64,000 bases of DNA from an uncultured Planctomycetota bacterium (GTDB lineage: Bacteria; Planctomycetota; Planctomycetia; Isosphaerales; Isosphaeraceae): the NCBI GenBank assembly GCA_963845755.1, contig CAWJTV010000029.1, forward strand, positions 64,001-128,000, written 5' to 3'. Every line of letters starts with the position of its first letter. The stretch's first letter is position 1. The position numbers and the translations under genes are program-made. Below the pieces are notes generated by a model. It ran no database searches and was not told where the DNA came from. It saw nothing but the letters and a program-made list of their open reading frames with translations. This document shows, one piece after another, positions 42,009 through 51,422 of the stretch.

Positions 42009-43115
42009 GTGACCGTCCAGCCGCTCGACCTGACCAAGCTGAAGATTTTCCCCCTGGCATCGCGTCGGAGCCTGACGCGGGCGGACGAGATCCTGATCGA
42101 TCCCGACGCATCGCCGCCGCCATGTCCGGAGCGAGTCGACGCGCTCGTCGAGGGCGCCGCGCGAGCGATCCACGCGGCCCGCCAGCAACACGCGGCCGTG
42201 GTCCTGATCTACGGCGCCCACTTGCTCCGCAACGGCGCCGCTCGGCTGCTCGAACGGATGATGTCCCGCGGCTGGCTGACCCACCTCGCCACCAACGGAG
42301 CCGGCACGATTCACGACTGGGAATACGCCTGGCTCGGGGCCTCGACCGAGTCGGTCGAGCAGAACGTGGCGACGGGCACATTCGGCATCTGGCAGGAGAC
42401 GGCGACGAACATCCACCTTGCGCTGCTGGCCGGTGCGCTCGACGGCCTCGGCTACGGCCGGTCGATGGGCCGCTTCATTCTGGAAGACGGCGCGATGCTC
42501 CCCGACCCCGACGCGCTGGCCGTCGCGATCGCCGCGGAGCCGCGTCATCCGCTCACGGCCGCCCGGGCCGAGCTGCTGCGGGTGATGGAGGATCAGCATT
42601 GGCCCGCCGGACGGATCGCGGTCGAGCATCGCTGGAAACACGCATCGATCCTCGCCCAGGCGTTCGGTCACGGAATTCCGATGACCGTACACCCCGGCAT
42701 CGGCTACGACATCATCTCCAATCACCCGGTATTCAACGGCGCGGCGATCGGTCGCGCGGCGGAGTGGGATTTCAAGCTCTTCGCCGGCTCGATCCGAAGC
42801 CTCGAGGGAGGCGTGGTGCTGTCGATCGGCTCGGCCATCATGGGCCCACAGGTCTTCGAGAAGGCCCTGAGCTGCGTCAATAACCTACGATTGCAGGAGG
42901 GGCTCGACGTCGTCCGCGGCCACAGTTTCTACGTGGTCGACCTCCAGGACGGCGGCGGCTGGGACTGGACGCGTGGTGAGCCGCCCAAGACGAATCCGGC
43001 CTATTACCTGCGGTTCTGCAAGAGTTTCTCCCGGATGGGCGGAGCGTTGAACTACGTGCAGTGCGATAACGTCACGTTCCTCCACCATCTCTACCGACGA
43101 CTGGCCAGCCGATGA
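42009..43115 (+). CDS. Conserved hypothetical protein, deoxyhypusine-synthase-like fold (inferred)
   Basis: YGAHL, LATNGAGTIHD, PMTVHPGIGYDII, VLSIGSAIMGPQVFEKALS. Confidence 0.6.
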   Translation: MTVQPLDLTKLKIFPLASRRSLTRADEILIDPDASPPPCPERVDALVEGAARAIHAARQQHAAVVLIYGAHLLRNGAARLLERMMSRGWLTHLATNGAGTIHDWEYAWLGASTESVEQNVATGTFGIWQETATNIHLALLAGALDGLGYGRSMGRFILEDGAMLPDPDALAVAIAAEPRHPLTAARAELLRVMEDQHWPAGRIAVEHRWKHASILAQAFGHGIPMTVHPGIGYDIISNHPVFNGAAIGRAAEWDFKLFAGSIRSLEGGVVLSIGSAIMGPQVFEKALSCVNNLRLQEGLDVVRGHSFYVVDLQDGGGWDWTRGEPPKTNPAYYLRFCKSFSRMGGALNYVQCDNVTFLHHLYRRLASR

Positions 43116-44131
43116 ACGTCGATCGCTTTCATGTCACCACGGGGCGGTATCCGGGCCTGCGCATCGCGGTCGTGGGCGACTTCTTCCTCGACCGATACCT
43201 GGACATCGACCCGACCAAGGACGAAACGTCGATCGAGACGGGCCTGACGGTTCACAACGTGGTGGCGGTCCGCAGCCAGCCGGGCGCCGCCGGGACGATC
43301 CTGAACAACCTGGTTACCCTGGGGGTCGGCGAGGTGCACGCCGTCGGCTTCTGCGGCGACGACGGCGAAGGCTACGAGGTGCGCCGGGCGCTCGCCACCC
43401 GGCCTGGCGTGATCGTGTCGGATTTCCTCACCACGTCGTCGCGCCGGACGCCGGTCTACTGCAAACCCATGGTGATCGAGCCGAACCGGCCGCCGAGGGA
43501 ATTGAACCGGTTCGACTCCAAGAACTGGACCCCAACGCCCGACGACCTCCAGCACGACCTCGCAGACCGGGTTCTCGCCCTCTCCCACAAGGTCAACGCC
43601 CTCGTGTTGCTGGACCAGGTCGATCGGCCCGGGACCGGGGTCGTGACCCATCGGGTAAAGCAAGCAGTCCGTGCGGCCCTGGAAAAGAACCGCGCGCTCC
43701 TCGTCCTGGCCGATAGCCGGCAGGGCTTGCACGACTTCCCGCCGATGGGCTTCAAGATGAACGCCGCCGAGCTCGCCCGGATGACCGATTCGGCACCATC
43801 GGGACTCGACGCCGTCAACCATCAAGCCTCCGAGCTGACCCGACGGACCGGTCAGCCGGTCTTCGTCACGATGGCCGAACACGGCATCGTGGGCGCCTCG
43901 TCGGGCCAGGGTCCCGAGCATGTCCCCGCGTTCCCCATTCGCGGCCCGATCGATATCGTCGGCGCCGGCGACGCCGTCGCCGCCAACCTCGCAGCCGCCC
44001 TGGCTTCCGGAGCGGGGCTCCGCGAAGCCATGGAGCTGGCCATGGCCGCCGCGTCCGTCGTCATCCATCAACTCGGGACCACGGGGACGGCCTCGGTCGC
44101 CCAGATCGCCGAGTTGCTCGATATGGTATAG
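43112..44131 (+). CDS. PfkB/HldE-kinase-like carbohydrate kinase
   Basis: VVGDFFLDRY, PGAAGT, VTMAEHG, DIVGAGD. Confidence 0.88.
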   Translation: MNVDRFHVTTGRYPGLRIAVVGDFFLDRYLDIDPTKDETSIETGLTVHNVVAVRSQPGAAGTILNNLVTLGVGEVHAVGFCGDDGEGYEVRRALATRPGVIVSDFLTTSSRRTPVYCKPMVIEPNRPPRELNRFDSKNWTPTPDDLQHDLADRVLALSHKVNALVLLDQVDRPGTGVVTHRVKQAVRAALEKNRALLVLADSRQGLHDFPPMGFKMNAAELARMTDSAPSGLDAVNHQASELTRRTGQPVFVTMAEHGIVGASSGQGPEHVPAFPIRGPIDIVGAGDAVAANLAAALASGAGLREAMELAMAAASVVIHQLGTTGTASVAQIAELLDMV

Positions 44132-44218
44132 AATCAGGCATCAGCGCCTCATGTGCCTCGTTTCAACGATGCCGGAGATCGACGCGAACGAACCTGTGAT
44201 TGGATGAGGAGCACAGCC

Positions 44219-44524
44219 ATGAACGCGATCAGGGCGACGATCCGGTCGAGAAAACTGGAACTGCAGGCACCAGCCGACTGGCCGCACGGGACGGAGGTGC
44301 TGATCGAGCCGCTGAAAGACCTGTCGGAAAAAATCGGCATCGATGAATCCGAATGGCGGGATGATGTTGCCAGCCTCGCCGACTGGGAGGCGTGGATCAA
44401 GACAATTGAGCCGCTGGAGTTCACACCCGAAGAAGCTCGGAGGATGGCCGAGTTCGACGAGCGGATGCGCGCGTACAATCTCGAAGCGGTGAATCGCCAG
44501 ATACGGGAAGGGACTGGCGGATGA
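44219..44524 (+). CDS. Putative antitoxin
   Basis: GAGGAG RBS; acidic C-terminus; ATGA overlap with a PIN toxin start. Confidence 0.55.
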   Translation: MNAIRATIRSRKLELQAPADWPHGTEVLIEPLKDLSEKIGIDESEWRDDVASLADWEAWIKTIEPLEFTPEEARRMAEFDERMRAYNLEAVNRQIREGTGG

Positions 44525-44679
44525 CGCGGTACCTGCTTGACACCGGCATCGCCCAGGACTTCATCAACCACCGCAACGGGGTCCGAGACCGAGCCGATCT
44601 GGTGCGGCACCATTGGGCCTGCCGCCGGAATTGGTGCTCACAGAGCACCCTACAAACCCACGCGCAACCCAAAACGTGA
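44521..44679 (+). pseudogene. vapC: Truncated VapC/PIN toxin
   Basis: MTRYLLDTGIAQDFINHRNGV, then runs into a REP half (44633-44653). Confidence 0.65.
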
Positions 44680-44774
44680 GCCGCGTGTTGTCGATGTTGG
44701 GCGAGGGTCTCGTCACCCCAGCCGTTGCTGGACGGAAGGTCTCCCGATTTTGGTCCGCCCCGCATGGGCTCCTT

Positions 44775-44892
44775 TTTTCGACACTCCTCGCCGAACACCA
44801 CCACGGGAAGAAGGCGGCCCACTCTCGTTCCCACGCGGGGCGTGGGAACGAGGAGGCAACCGGCGGTGGTGTTGAGCGAGGAGTGTCAAAAA
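44775..44892. repeat. IR-bounded element with inner REP hairpin
   Basis: GACACTCCTCGCCGAACACCACC / GGTGGTGTTGAGCGAGGAGTGTC around CTCGTTCCCACGC-GGG-GCGTGGGAACGAG. Confidence 0.8.
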
Positions 44893-45127
44893 TCTCACGC
44901 GCCAGACTTCACCCTTCTTCATCCGTGAATTCCTTTTCCGCGATTCGTTCCACGAGGACCAGAGCCTCCGCACTACCTAACGACCAGGCATCGAACTCCG
45001 CTTGGAGCTCCGGCGGAACAACGAACGTCTCCTCCGGCAGAGCGATGTCCACCTCCAAACCCTCGGGGAGTCGGGTTTGAGGGATAATCTTGCCTTCTTT
45101 GACGATGCCGCGGATCAAGGTTGCCAC
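44890..45127 (-). pseudogene. Putative antitoxin (44909-45127) plus first codons of a MazF/PemK toxin (start 44922)
   Basis: MATLIRGIVKEGKIIP..LPEGLEV; overlapping MKKGEVWRVRF, cut by the IR element. Confidence 0.55.
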
Positions 45128-45377
45128 GTGCCAGCCTCCATGACTTGATTTCGCTCCAACGACAATACTACTTTGTCGGATAGGAGGCTGTCTATCCGAA
45201 GCCCGTGCTTCAACGACCACGGTGTCGCCCGAGGCTCTTTCACACCCTTGCCCACGTCAGTATCATCCAGATATGGACGGGGCACTCGATGAGCCGACTC
45301 CCACCTCTCGTCAGACTTGAGTGAGCACGACAGACGGAGCCAGCCCCGGCCGCCACCAGGGAAAGGACAACGTCCGG

Positions 45378-47612
45378 ATGCCGCTCAAGCACCTCTGTGT
45401 CTCTACGTTCCTGCGATGGCTCAGGCGCTCATCACCTTCGATCTCGGGCCCGAGCCGGCGACGGATGCGGCCCCTCCGGAAATCCTCGAACCGCGACTGG
45501 CTCTGGTCGGCGGCATCACGACTTACACCTGGACCGCCCTGGGCGACGGAATGAGCTGGAGTGACCCGAACAATTGGAGTCACCTCGGGTTCATCCCCGG
45601 GTTCGGCGTGACGGGCGTCCCGACCGCCGGATCCAACATCGTCTTCCCACCTTTCTACAATTTACCCGCGAATAGCCCGACGACGATCAACTTCAACTCC
45701 CCTTACGGCAGCTTCCCGATCGGCCTGTTCACCATCGAGGGTTCCTACACATTCGACGGCAATCCGATCACGATCAACAACGCGATCATCGTCGTGAATC
45801 CTCTGGGCGGCCTGACCGACTCGACGCTCCTGCTCAGCGGCTTGACCATGGGGCCGCAGTCCACGATCTACACGTACTCGGGGAGCACGCTCAACATCGC
45901 CGACGCCGACGATCCCACCGGCCTCAAGCTCATCCTGCCAAACGGGGTCACCAAGGGGGGAAGCGGTCAGCTCCTCATCGACACACAGAACGTCCTGGCC
46001 CCATACGTCGGATTCAGCCTCCAGCCGTTCGAGATTGCCGGCGGGTCGGTCACGATCGGCGCCACCTCGACCTACACCGGCTCGCGTTTCGTGGTCGATC
46101 CCGGCGGCGGCCTGGACGTGTCCGACGACGCGGCACTGAGCATCGGCGCACTCTCCGGATCGGGGACGGTCGATCTCGGCGGCACCAGTGCCGCTGGCGA
46201 TACGACGAGCCTGACGGTCTCGGAGCCCGCCGCGCAGGCCGACGTGTTCAGCGGCTTGATCGACGGCCTGGGTCAGTTCATCCTGAAGGGGAACGGCACG
46301 CTGACGACCGGGGCCATCGACTTCGGCGACGCGGGCGGCATCCAGGTGCTATTGGGCTCGCTAAACGCCGATGGGGCGGTGAGTGTCGGGACCCTCTCGG
46401 TCCAGAATGGCGCATCGTTCGGCGGTGTCGGAGCCTGGTACTTCGCCGGGCCGGTCGTCTTCCAGTCCAACACGAACTTCAACGTCACGCTCGACGGCCT
46501 CACAGCCGGCACCCAGTACACCCAGCTCGTCGACGCCGACACGACGACCGGGGTCAACCTCGGTGGCAGCGCGGTGAGCGGCTCCGTCAACTACGAGTAC
46601 CAGGCGGGCGACACCTTCACGATCGTCACCGGCCCGCTCCTCCAGGGGTTCTTCCGGAACGTCGTGAACGGCTCGGTGTTCCTGGGAAACAACGTACCGT
46701 TCGCCGTGGGCTATTCGAGCACCTCGGTGACGCTCACGGCGCTTCAATCCGTGTCGACGACCCGATTGATGAGCTCGGTTAATCCGAGCAATCCCGGCCT
46801 GCCGGTCACGTTCACCGCATCGGTGAGCACCCGGACGGAATCGGTCACCGCCGGGTCCGTCAGCTTCCAGCAGGGGAGCACGGTCCTGGCGACCGTCCCT
46901 CTGGACGGCACGGGGACGGCGTCGTACACCACGTCATCGCTGCCGCTGGGGGGCACGACGATCACCGCGGTGTACAATGGGGTCTCCGGCATCGTCGGCT
47001 CGAGCAGCCCGGCCTTGTCGGAGTCCGTGGTCCCGTACACCACCGCGACGTCCCTCGCCAGCTCGGCAAACCCCAGCCGCACGGGGCAACCCGTGACGTT
47101 CACCGCGACGGTCATCGCCGGCGGGATGCCGGTCACGTCCGGAGCCGTCAAGTTCACGCGGGGCAAGCAGCTCCTGGGGACCGCCGCGCTCGGACGCCAA
47201 CGGCACCGCTAGGCTCACCGTTTCCTCCTTGCCGAAGGGCAGCGTGAACATCCAGGCCCTCTTCGAAGGCACGATCGACGACTTCCCATCGACGAGCCCC
47301 GCAGTACCCCAGCGAATCGACAAGTTCACCACGGCGACGGGCCTCACCTTCGCGACCCAGCTCCAGCCCAACGGCCAGATGCGCGACATCCTGGAGGCCG
47401 ACGTCATCGCGATCGGAGGCGCCGGCATTTCACCCGTCGGACAGGTCGTCTTCCGACGGAATGGCAGGACCATTGGCCGGGCTCGCCTCAACAACGGCAG
47501 CGCCTTGCTGATCCTCGGCCGACGTATCCCGGCGCGAGGGAAATTCGTCGCGGCGCTTCAGGGCGGCTCCGAGTTCAACACCAGCCGCTCCGCGCCACTG
47601 AGAATCCCGTGA
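45378..47612 (+). CDS. Secreted LEPRxLL-type adhesin-like protein with Big_3 Ig-like domains (two frameshifts)
   Basis: GAAAGGA RBS; EILEPRLAL; WSDPNNW; TKGGSGQL; SSVNPSNPGLPVTFTASV and SSANPSRTGQPVTFTATV. Confidence 0.8.
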
Positions 47613-47859
47613 TGAAGGGTCTTCGCCCTTCGCAATAGACTCGCCTCCAGGCGAATCCCGCTCCTTCAAGATCCGATGTGACCAGGACTCCGACTCGGGC
47701 AGAGCCCGAAGTTCAGGCCGACCCCCTGTCCAATGCATCCCTTATCTGGTTAGGATGACAAACTCTTGCCGCCTTGATCGGGGCGGCGCGATCCGACGCC
47801 GGTAATCATGCGGGAGTTCCGCATCCGGCGCGGTCCTCTTTTCCCTCGAGGCCAACTTC

Positions 47860-48614
47860 ATGAGACGCATTTTCGTCGCGCTCTTCACAACAATCCTCCT
47901 GACGAGCCCAGTTCACTCGACCCGGGCGGATGACAAGGATCCGCAGGCCGTCATCGACAAGGCGATCAAGGCCCTGGGGGGCGAGGAGAAGCTCAAGAAG
48001 GCCGACATCTCGACCTGGAAGACCAAGGCGACGCTTACCTTGGGTGGCAATGAGAATGACATCACGATCCATTCAACCATCCAGGGCCTCGATCATTATC
48101 GCGCGGAGGTGGAGGGCAAGTTCGGTGAGAATGAGTTCAAGGGAACCGTCATCCTGAACGGAAACAAGGGCTGGCGAGTGTTCGGTGAGAAGATGGAGAT
48201 GGATGACGACTCCGTCTCGAACGAGAAGCGCCACGATCTACCTCCAGGTCATCCCCAACAGGATCCTCCCCTTGAAGCAGAAGGAGTTCAAGGTCGAGGT
48301 GGTCGGCGAGGAGAAGGTGGGAGACAAGCCGGCCGTCACCCTCAAAGTGACCCCTCAGGATGGCAAGGACTTCACGCTCACTTTCGATAAGGAGAGCGGC
48401 CTGCCCGTCAAGATGGTGGCCAAGGTGGTCGACTTTCAAGGTGACGAGTTCACCCAGGAGACCTCCTACAAGGACGTACAAGGAGTTCGACGGGATCAAG
48501 AAGGCCACCAAGACCGAGAGCAAGCGCGATGGCGAGGACTTCATCAAGTCCGAGATCAGCGAGTTCAAGGTCCTGGACAAGGCGGACCCCAAGACTTTTG
48601 CCGAGCCCGAGTGA
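47860..48614 (+). CDS. Exported hypothetical protein, paralog 1 (two frameshifts)
   Basis: Signal peptide; DDKDPQAVIDKAIKALGGEEKL...FDKESGLPVK...YKEFDGIKKATK. Confidence 0.75.
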
Positions 48615-48853
48615 GGATCGGGCATCAGGCCGGGGCCTGGGGCATCGCAAGCCCGAGCGGGATTCCCCATTGGGACTTCACCGCGGCCTCGGCCCGCGAT
48701 CGGAGCGAGAAGAGCCCGACGCCCCCTGTCGCTCACGCCTCGCGCCGCGTAGGATGAGGAACTCATGCCGGCGCGACCGCGGCGGCGCGATCCCACGCCG
48801 GGACGTGACACAACCGCGTCCGGCGACTTCCTCTCACTCGTGAGGCCATCTCG

Positions 48854-49614
48854 ATGAAACGGTTCCTCGGTGCGACCCTCGCAACTTTTCTCTTGGCGAT
48901 CCTGGGCAGCCCCGTCCAGGCCGATGACAAGGATCCGCAGGCCGTCCTCGACAAGGCGATCAAGGCCCTCGGGGGCGAAGAGAAGCTCAAGAAGGCCGAG
49001 TCGATCACCTTGAAGACCAAGGGGACGATCACCTTCGGTGGTAATGACAGCGAATTCAAGTCGAACGTAACCCTCCAGGGGCTCGACCACCTCCGGTCGG
49101 AAATCGAAACGGAATTCAACGGCGAACCCCGTAAGTTCGTCAGAGTGCTGAGCGGCGACAAGGGCTGGATGAAGTTCGGGGAAGAACCGATGGAGAACTG
49201 GAAGAGGACGCCCTCGCCAACGAGAAGCGACGCGCCTATCTCGAGGTCATCCCGATGACGCTGGTCGCACTGAAGGGGAAGGCGTTCAAGGTTGAGACGG
49301 CCGATGAGGTGAAGGTCGACGACAAGCCGGCCGCCGGCATCAAGGTCACCGGACCGGACAAGAAGGATTTCACGCTGTACTTCGACAAGGAGAGCGGGCT
49401 ACCGGTCAAGCTGGTCGCCACGGTCGCCGGCTTCGGAAACGGCGAGGATTTCTCGCAGGAGACGACCTACAAAGATTACAAGGACTTCGACGGGATCAAG
49501 AAGGCCACCAAGGTCGAATCCAAGCGCAACGGCGAAGCCTTCATCAAGTCGGAGATCACCGAGTTCAAGCTCGTGGATAAGGTCGATCCCAAGACCTTCT
49601 CCGCGCCGGAGTGA
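48854..49614 (+). CDS. Exported hypothetical protein, paralog 2 (one frameshift)
   Basis: Same motifs as 47860-48614. Confidence 0.75.
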
Positions 49615-49640
49615 TCGGTCTGGAAGGATGAAACGTGAAG

Positions 49641-49681
49641 GCGGAAGGCGGAATCAATCCAGATCCGATTCCGCCTTCCGC
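49641..49681. terminator. Hairpin between convergent genes (terminator or REP-like)
   Basis: GCGGAAGGCGGAATC...GATTCCGCCTTCCGC, perfect 15-bp stem. Confidence 0.55.
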
Positions 49682-49697
49682 GATCCGAAGAAGCTCG

Positions 49698-50147
49698 TTA
49701 CGCCTTGCGACCGCCAACCTTGATCTGCCGCGGCTTGGCCGATTCGGACTTGGGCAGCGTCAGAGTCAAGACGCCGTGTTCGAATTGCGCCTGGGCCTTG
49801 TCCGAGTCGACGGGCGTGCCCAGAGTGATCGATCGCTGGAACGAGCCGAACCGGCGCTTGCGCAGGTGCCATCGCTCACCCTTCTTTTCCTCCTCCGCCT
49901 TGCTCTCGCCCTGGATCGTCAGGGTGTCGCTATGAACGGTGATCTGGACGTCCTCGGGCTTCACGCCCGGCAGCGATCCTTTGACCACGAACTCGTTCTC
50001 ATTCTCCGAGATATCGAGTGGAAGCGTGGCGAAACCGCCCGATCCCCCTCCATTCGAAGGTCGGACAAAGCTGTCCTGGAACAAGGTGTTCATTGCATCA
50101 CGGAGGCTGACGGCCTCACGGAACGGGTCCCAACGTTCGATCGTCAT
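49698..50147 (-). CDS. Hsp20/alpha-crystallin small heat shock protein
   Basis: ERWDPFRE, LDISENE, LPGVKPED, FGSFQRSITL, AQFEHGVLTLTLPK; GAGGAG RBS. Confidence 0.95.
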   Translation of the reverse strand: MTIERWDPFREAVSLRDAMNTLFQDSFVRPSNGGGSGGFATLPLDISENENEFVVKGSLPGVKPEDVQITVHSDTLTIQGESKAEEEKKGERWHLRKRRFGSFQRSITLGTPVDSDKAQAQFEHGVLTLTLPKSESAKPRQIKVGGRKA

Positions 50148-50246
50148 GGAATAGGTCTCCTCATCGCCCGCAGTCGGAAGAGCCCGGCCCGATCGCCCCT
50201 GCGTCGCCTGCCGCTCCTCCTGGACTTCAGTCTCTTCAAGGAGATG

Positions 50247-50415
50247 GCAAGCCTTGTGCCAACGCGTTGAGAGAAAACATAAGTAGTTACACAATAAGGC
50301 ATTGCAACAGAAGGAATCTGCGACTGCCAATTCGGGTACTGCCAATTTGGCATAGAAAACCTGAGCGAGTCGCATAGATGCCGATTTGGCAGTCGAGATA
50401 AGTGCCGATGTGGCT
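50247..50415 (-). promoter_or_regulatory. Sigma54 promoter of hsp20 with upstream palindromic enhancer-like sites
   Basis: TGGCAC-AAGGC-TTGC (50261-50247); TGCCAATTTGGCA 50340, TGCCGATTTGGCA 50379, TGCCGATGTGGCT 50403. Confidence 0.8.
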
Positions 50416-50546
50416 TTGCACTTTTTTGGGCCCCTTCACTTTTTTCGGGGGGCTTGCATCTTAATTCAGTCACCCCGATCCCCATCAGAGGCGTACGTAG
50501 AGTATGACCTGCCGCCTATTATGGCGAATTTTGCGCCGCATGGCGC

Positions 50547-50587
50547 AAAAAATAACCCCGCGATGCCCGTTAGGGTCAAAGCGGGGT
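50547..50587 (-). terminator. Rho-independent terminator formed by the second RNA repeat
   Basis: ACCCCGC...GCGGGGT stem followed by TATTTTTT. Confidence 0.75.
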
Positions 50588-50717
50588 GAGTAAACGCTAC
50601 GCACCACCCATGAAGAATAATGCGAGGCGAGCAGACAGCCAACGCAAACCTGATAGCTATAGCCATCAGGTCGCATCGGGCCTCACGATGTCCTGGGGGA
50701 TCAAGGTGAGGTGAGTA
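50547..50717 (-). ncRNA. Putative ~170-nt structured RNA with two 37-nt hairpin repeats, downstream of the NYN gene
   Basis: Repeats at 50681-50717 and 50556-50592 (26/37 identical, 3 compensatory pairs); central hairpin 50639-50679; own promoter and terminator. Confidence 0.7.
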
Positions 50718-50721
50718 CCCA

Positions 50722-50750
50722 ATAGTATCGGCTGGTCGCCTCTCAATCAA
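50722..50750 (-). promoter_or_regulatory. Sigma70-like promoter for the putative ncRNA
   Basis: TTGATT-17bp-TACTAT, starting just after the NYN stop codon. Confidence 0.65.
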
Positions 50751-50754
50751 TAGC

Positions 50755-51372
50755 TCACCATCGCTTTTCTGTCCGGTCGCTAAATGGTTTTTCGAGCCAC
50801 ATACCATCCATGAATGATTCATCAATGACCAGGTGATCGTTGGCGGCTTCACGCATGAGTCGGATGGTGCGATGATCCGAAGGGTTCGCGACCACATACG
50901 CCAGCATGACATACGCATCGACCTCCCTGGCGAGTTGGATTGCTGGGAGATAGTCGTTGTCATTGGCGACCAAGACGAGCAGGTCTGCTCGCCTCAAACA
51001 AGCGGCAGAGACCAAAAGAGTTGCCGCGCGGACATCCGTCCCCTTCTCGACATGGGTATTGAGCGGACGGTGGCAATGGCGGCATGAATCATTATGAGTA
51101 CGATGTTGGCCCTTGGAAACGGTCACATTCTCCATCCGAGCGAGCCGATTGAACGTGCGTTGCTGACGCTGTCTCATCCCACTCCGGTGTGGGTCTTGCG
51201 ACTGGACGTAATCGGCGGTGCAGAAATAGGTATGGAGGAGCTGGGTTCCACGTGACAGCGCCGCGAAGAGCTTCGTGTAATCGACATCACGAGTGTCGAT
51301 CCCTTCGGAGAGTCGATGGTCCAAATTGGTCCCGTCGATAAAGAGGAGCGAAGTCGGTAGATCTATCGGCAC
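50755..51372 (-). CDS. NYN-domain (LabA/DUF88, PIN-like) nuclease
   Basis: FIDGTNL, EKGTDV, ANDNDYLP acidic motifs; CxxC insert; GGAG RBS; intact frame. Confidence 0.9.
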   Translation of the reverse strand: MPIDLPTSLLFIDGTNLDHRLSEGIDTRDVDYTKLFAALSRGTQLLHTYFCTADYVQSQDPHRSGMRQRQQRTFNRLARMENVTVSKGQHRTHNDSCRHCHRPLNTHVEKGTDVRAATLLVSAACLRRADLLVLVANDNDYLPAIQLAREVDAYVMLAYVVANPSDHRTIRLMREAANDHLVIDESFMDGMWLEKPFSDRTEKRW

Positions 51373-51422
51373 GTATTAGCTCCGTTGGTCAAGGGGACGC
51401 TGTATCAGTCGCGGCCCTTTCG

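Noticed and set aside
50556..50717. 37-nt repeat pair as a bona fide CRISPR array
   Set aside because: Only two repeats at 26/37 identity, an 88-nt structured spacer and no cas genes; treated as a structured ncRNA instead
50466..50963. ORFs overlapping the putative ncRNA
   Set aside because: No RBS or motifs, overlap with the NYN gene, and the compensatory changes favour RNA structure
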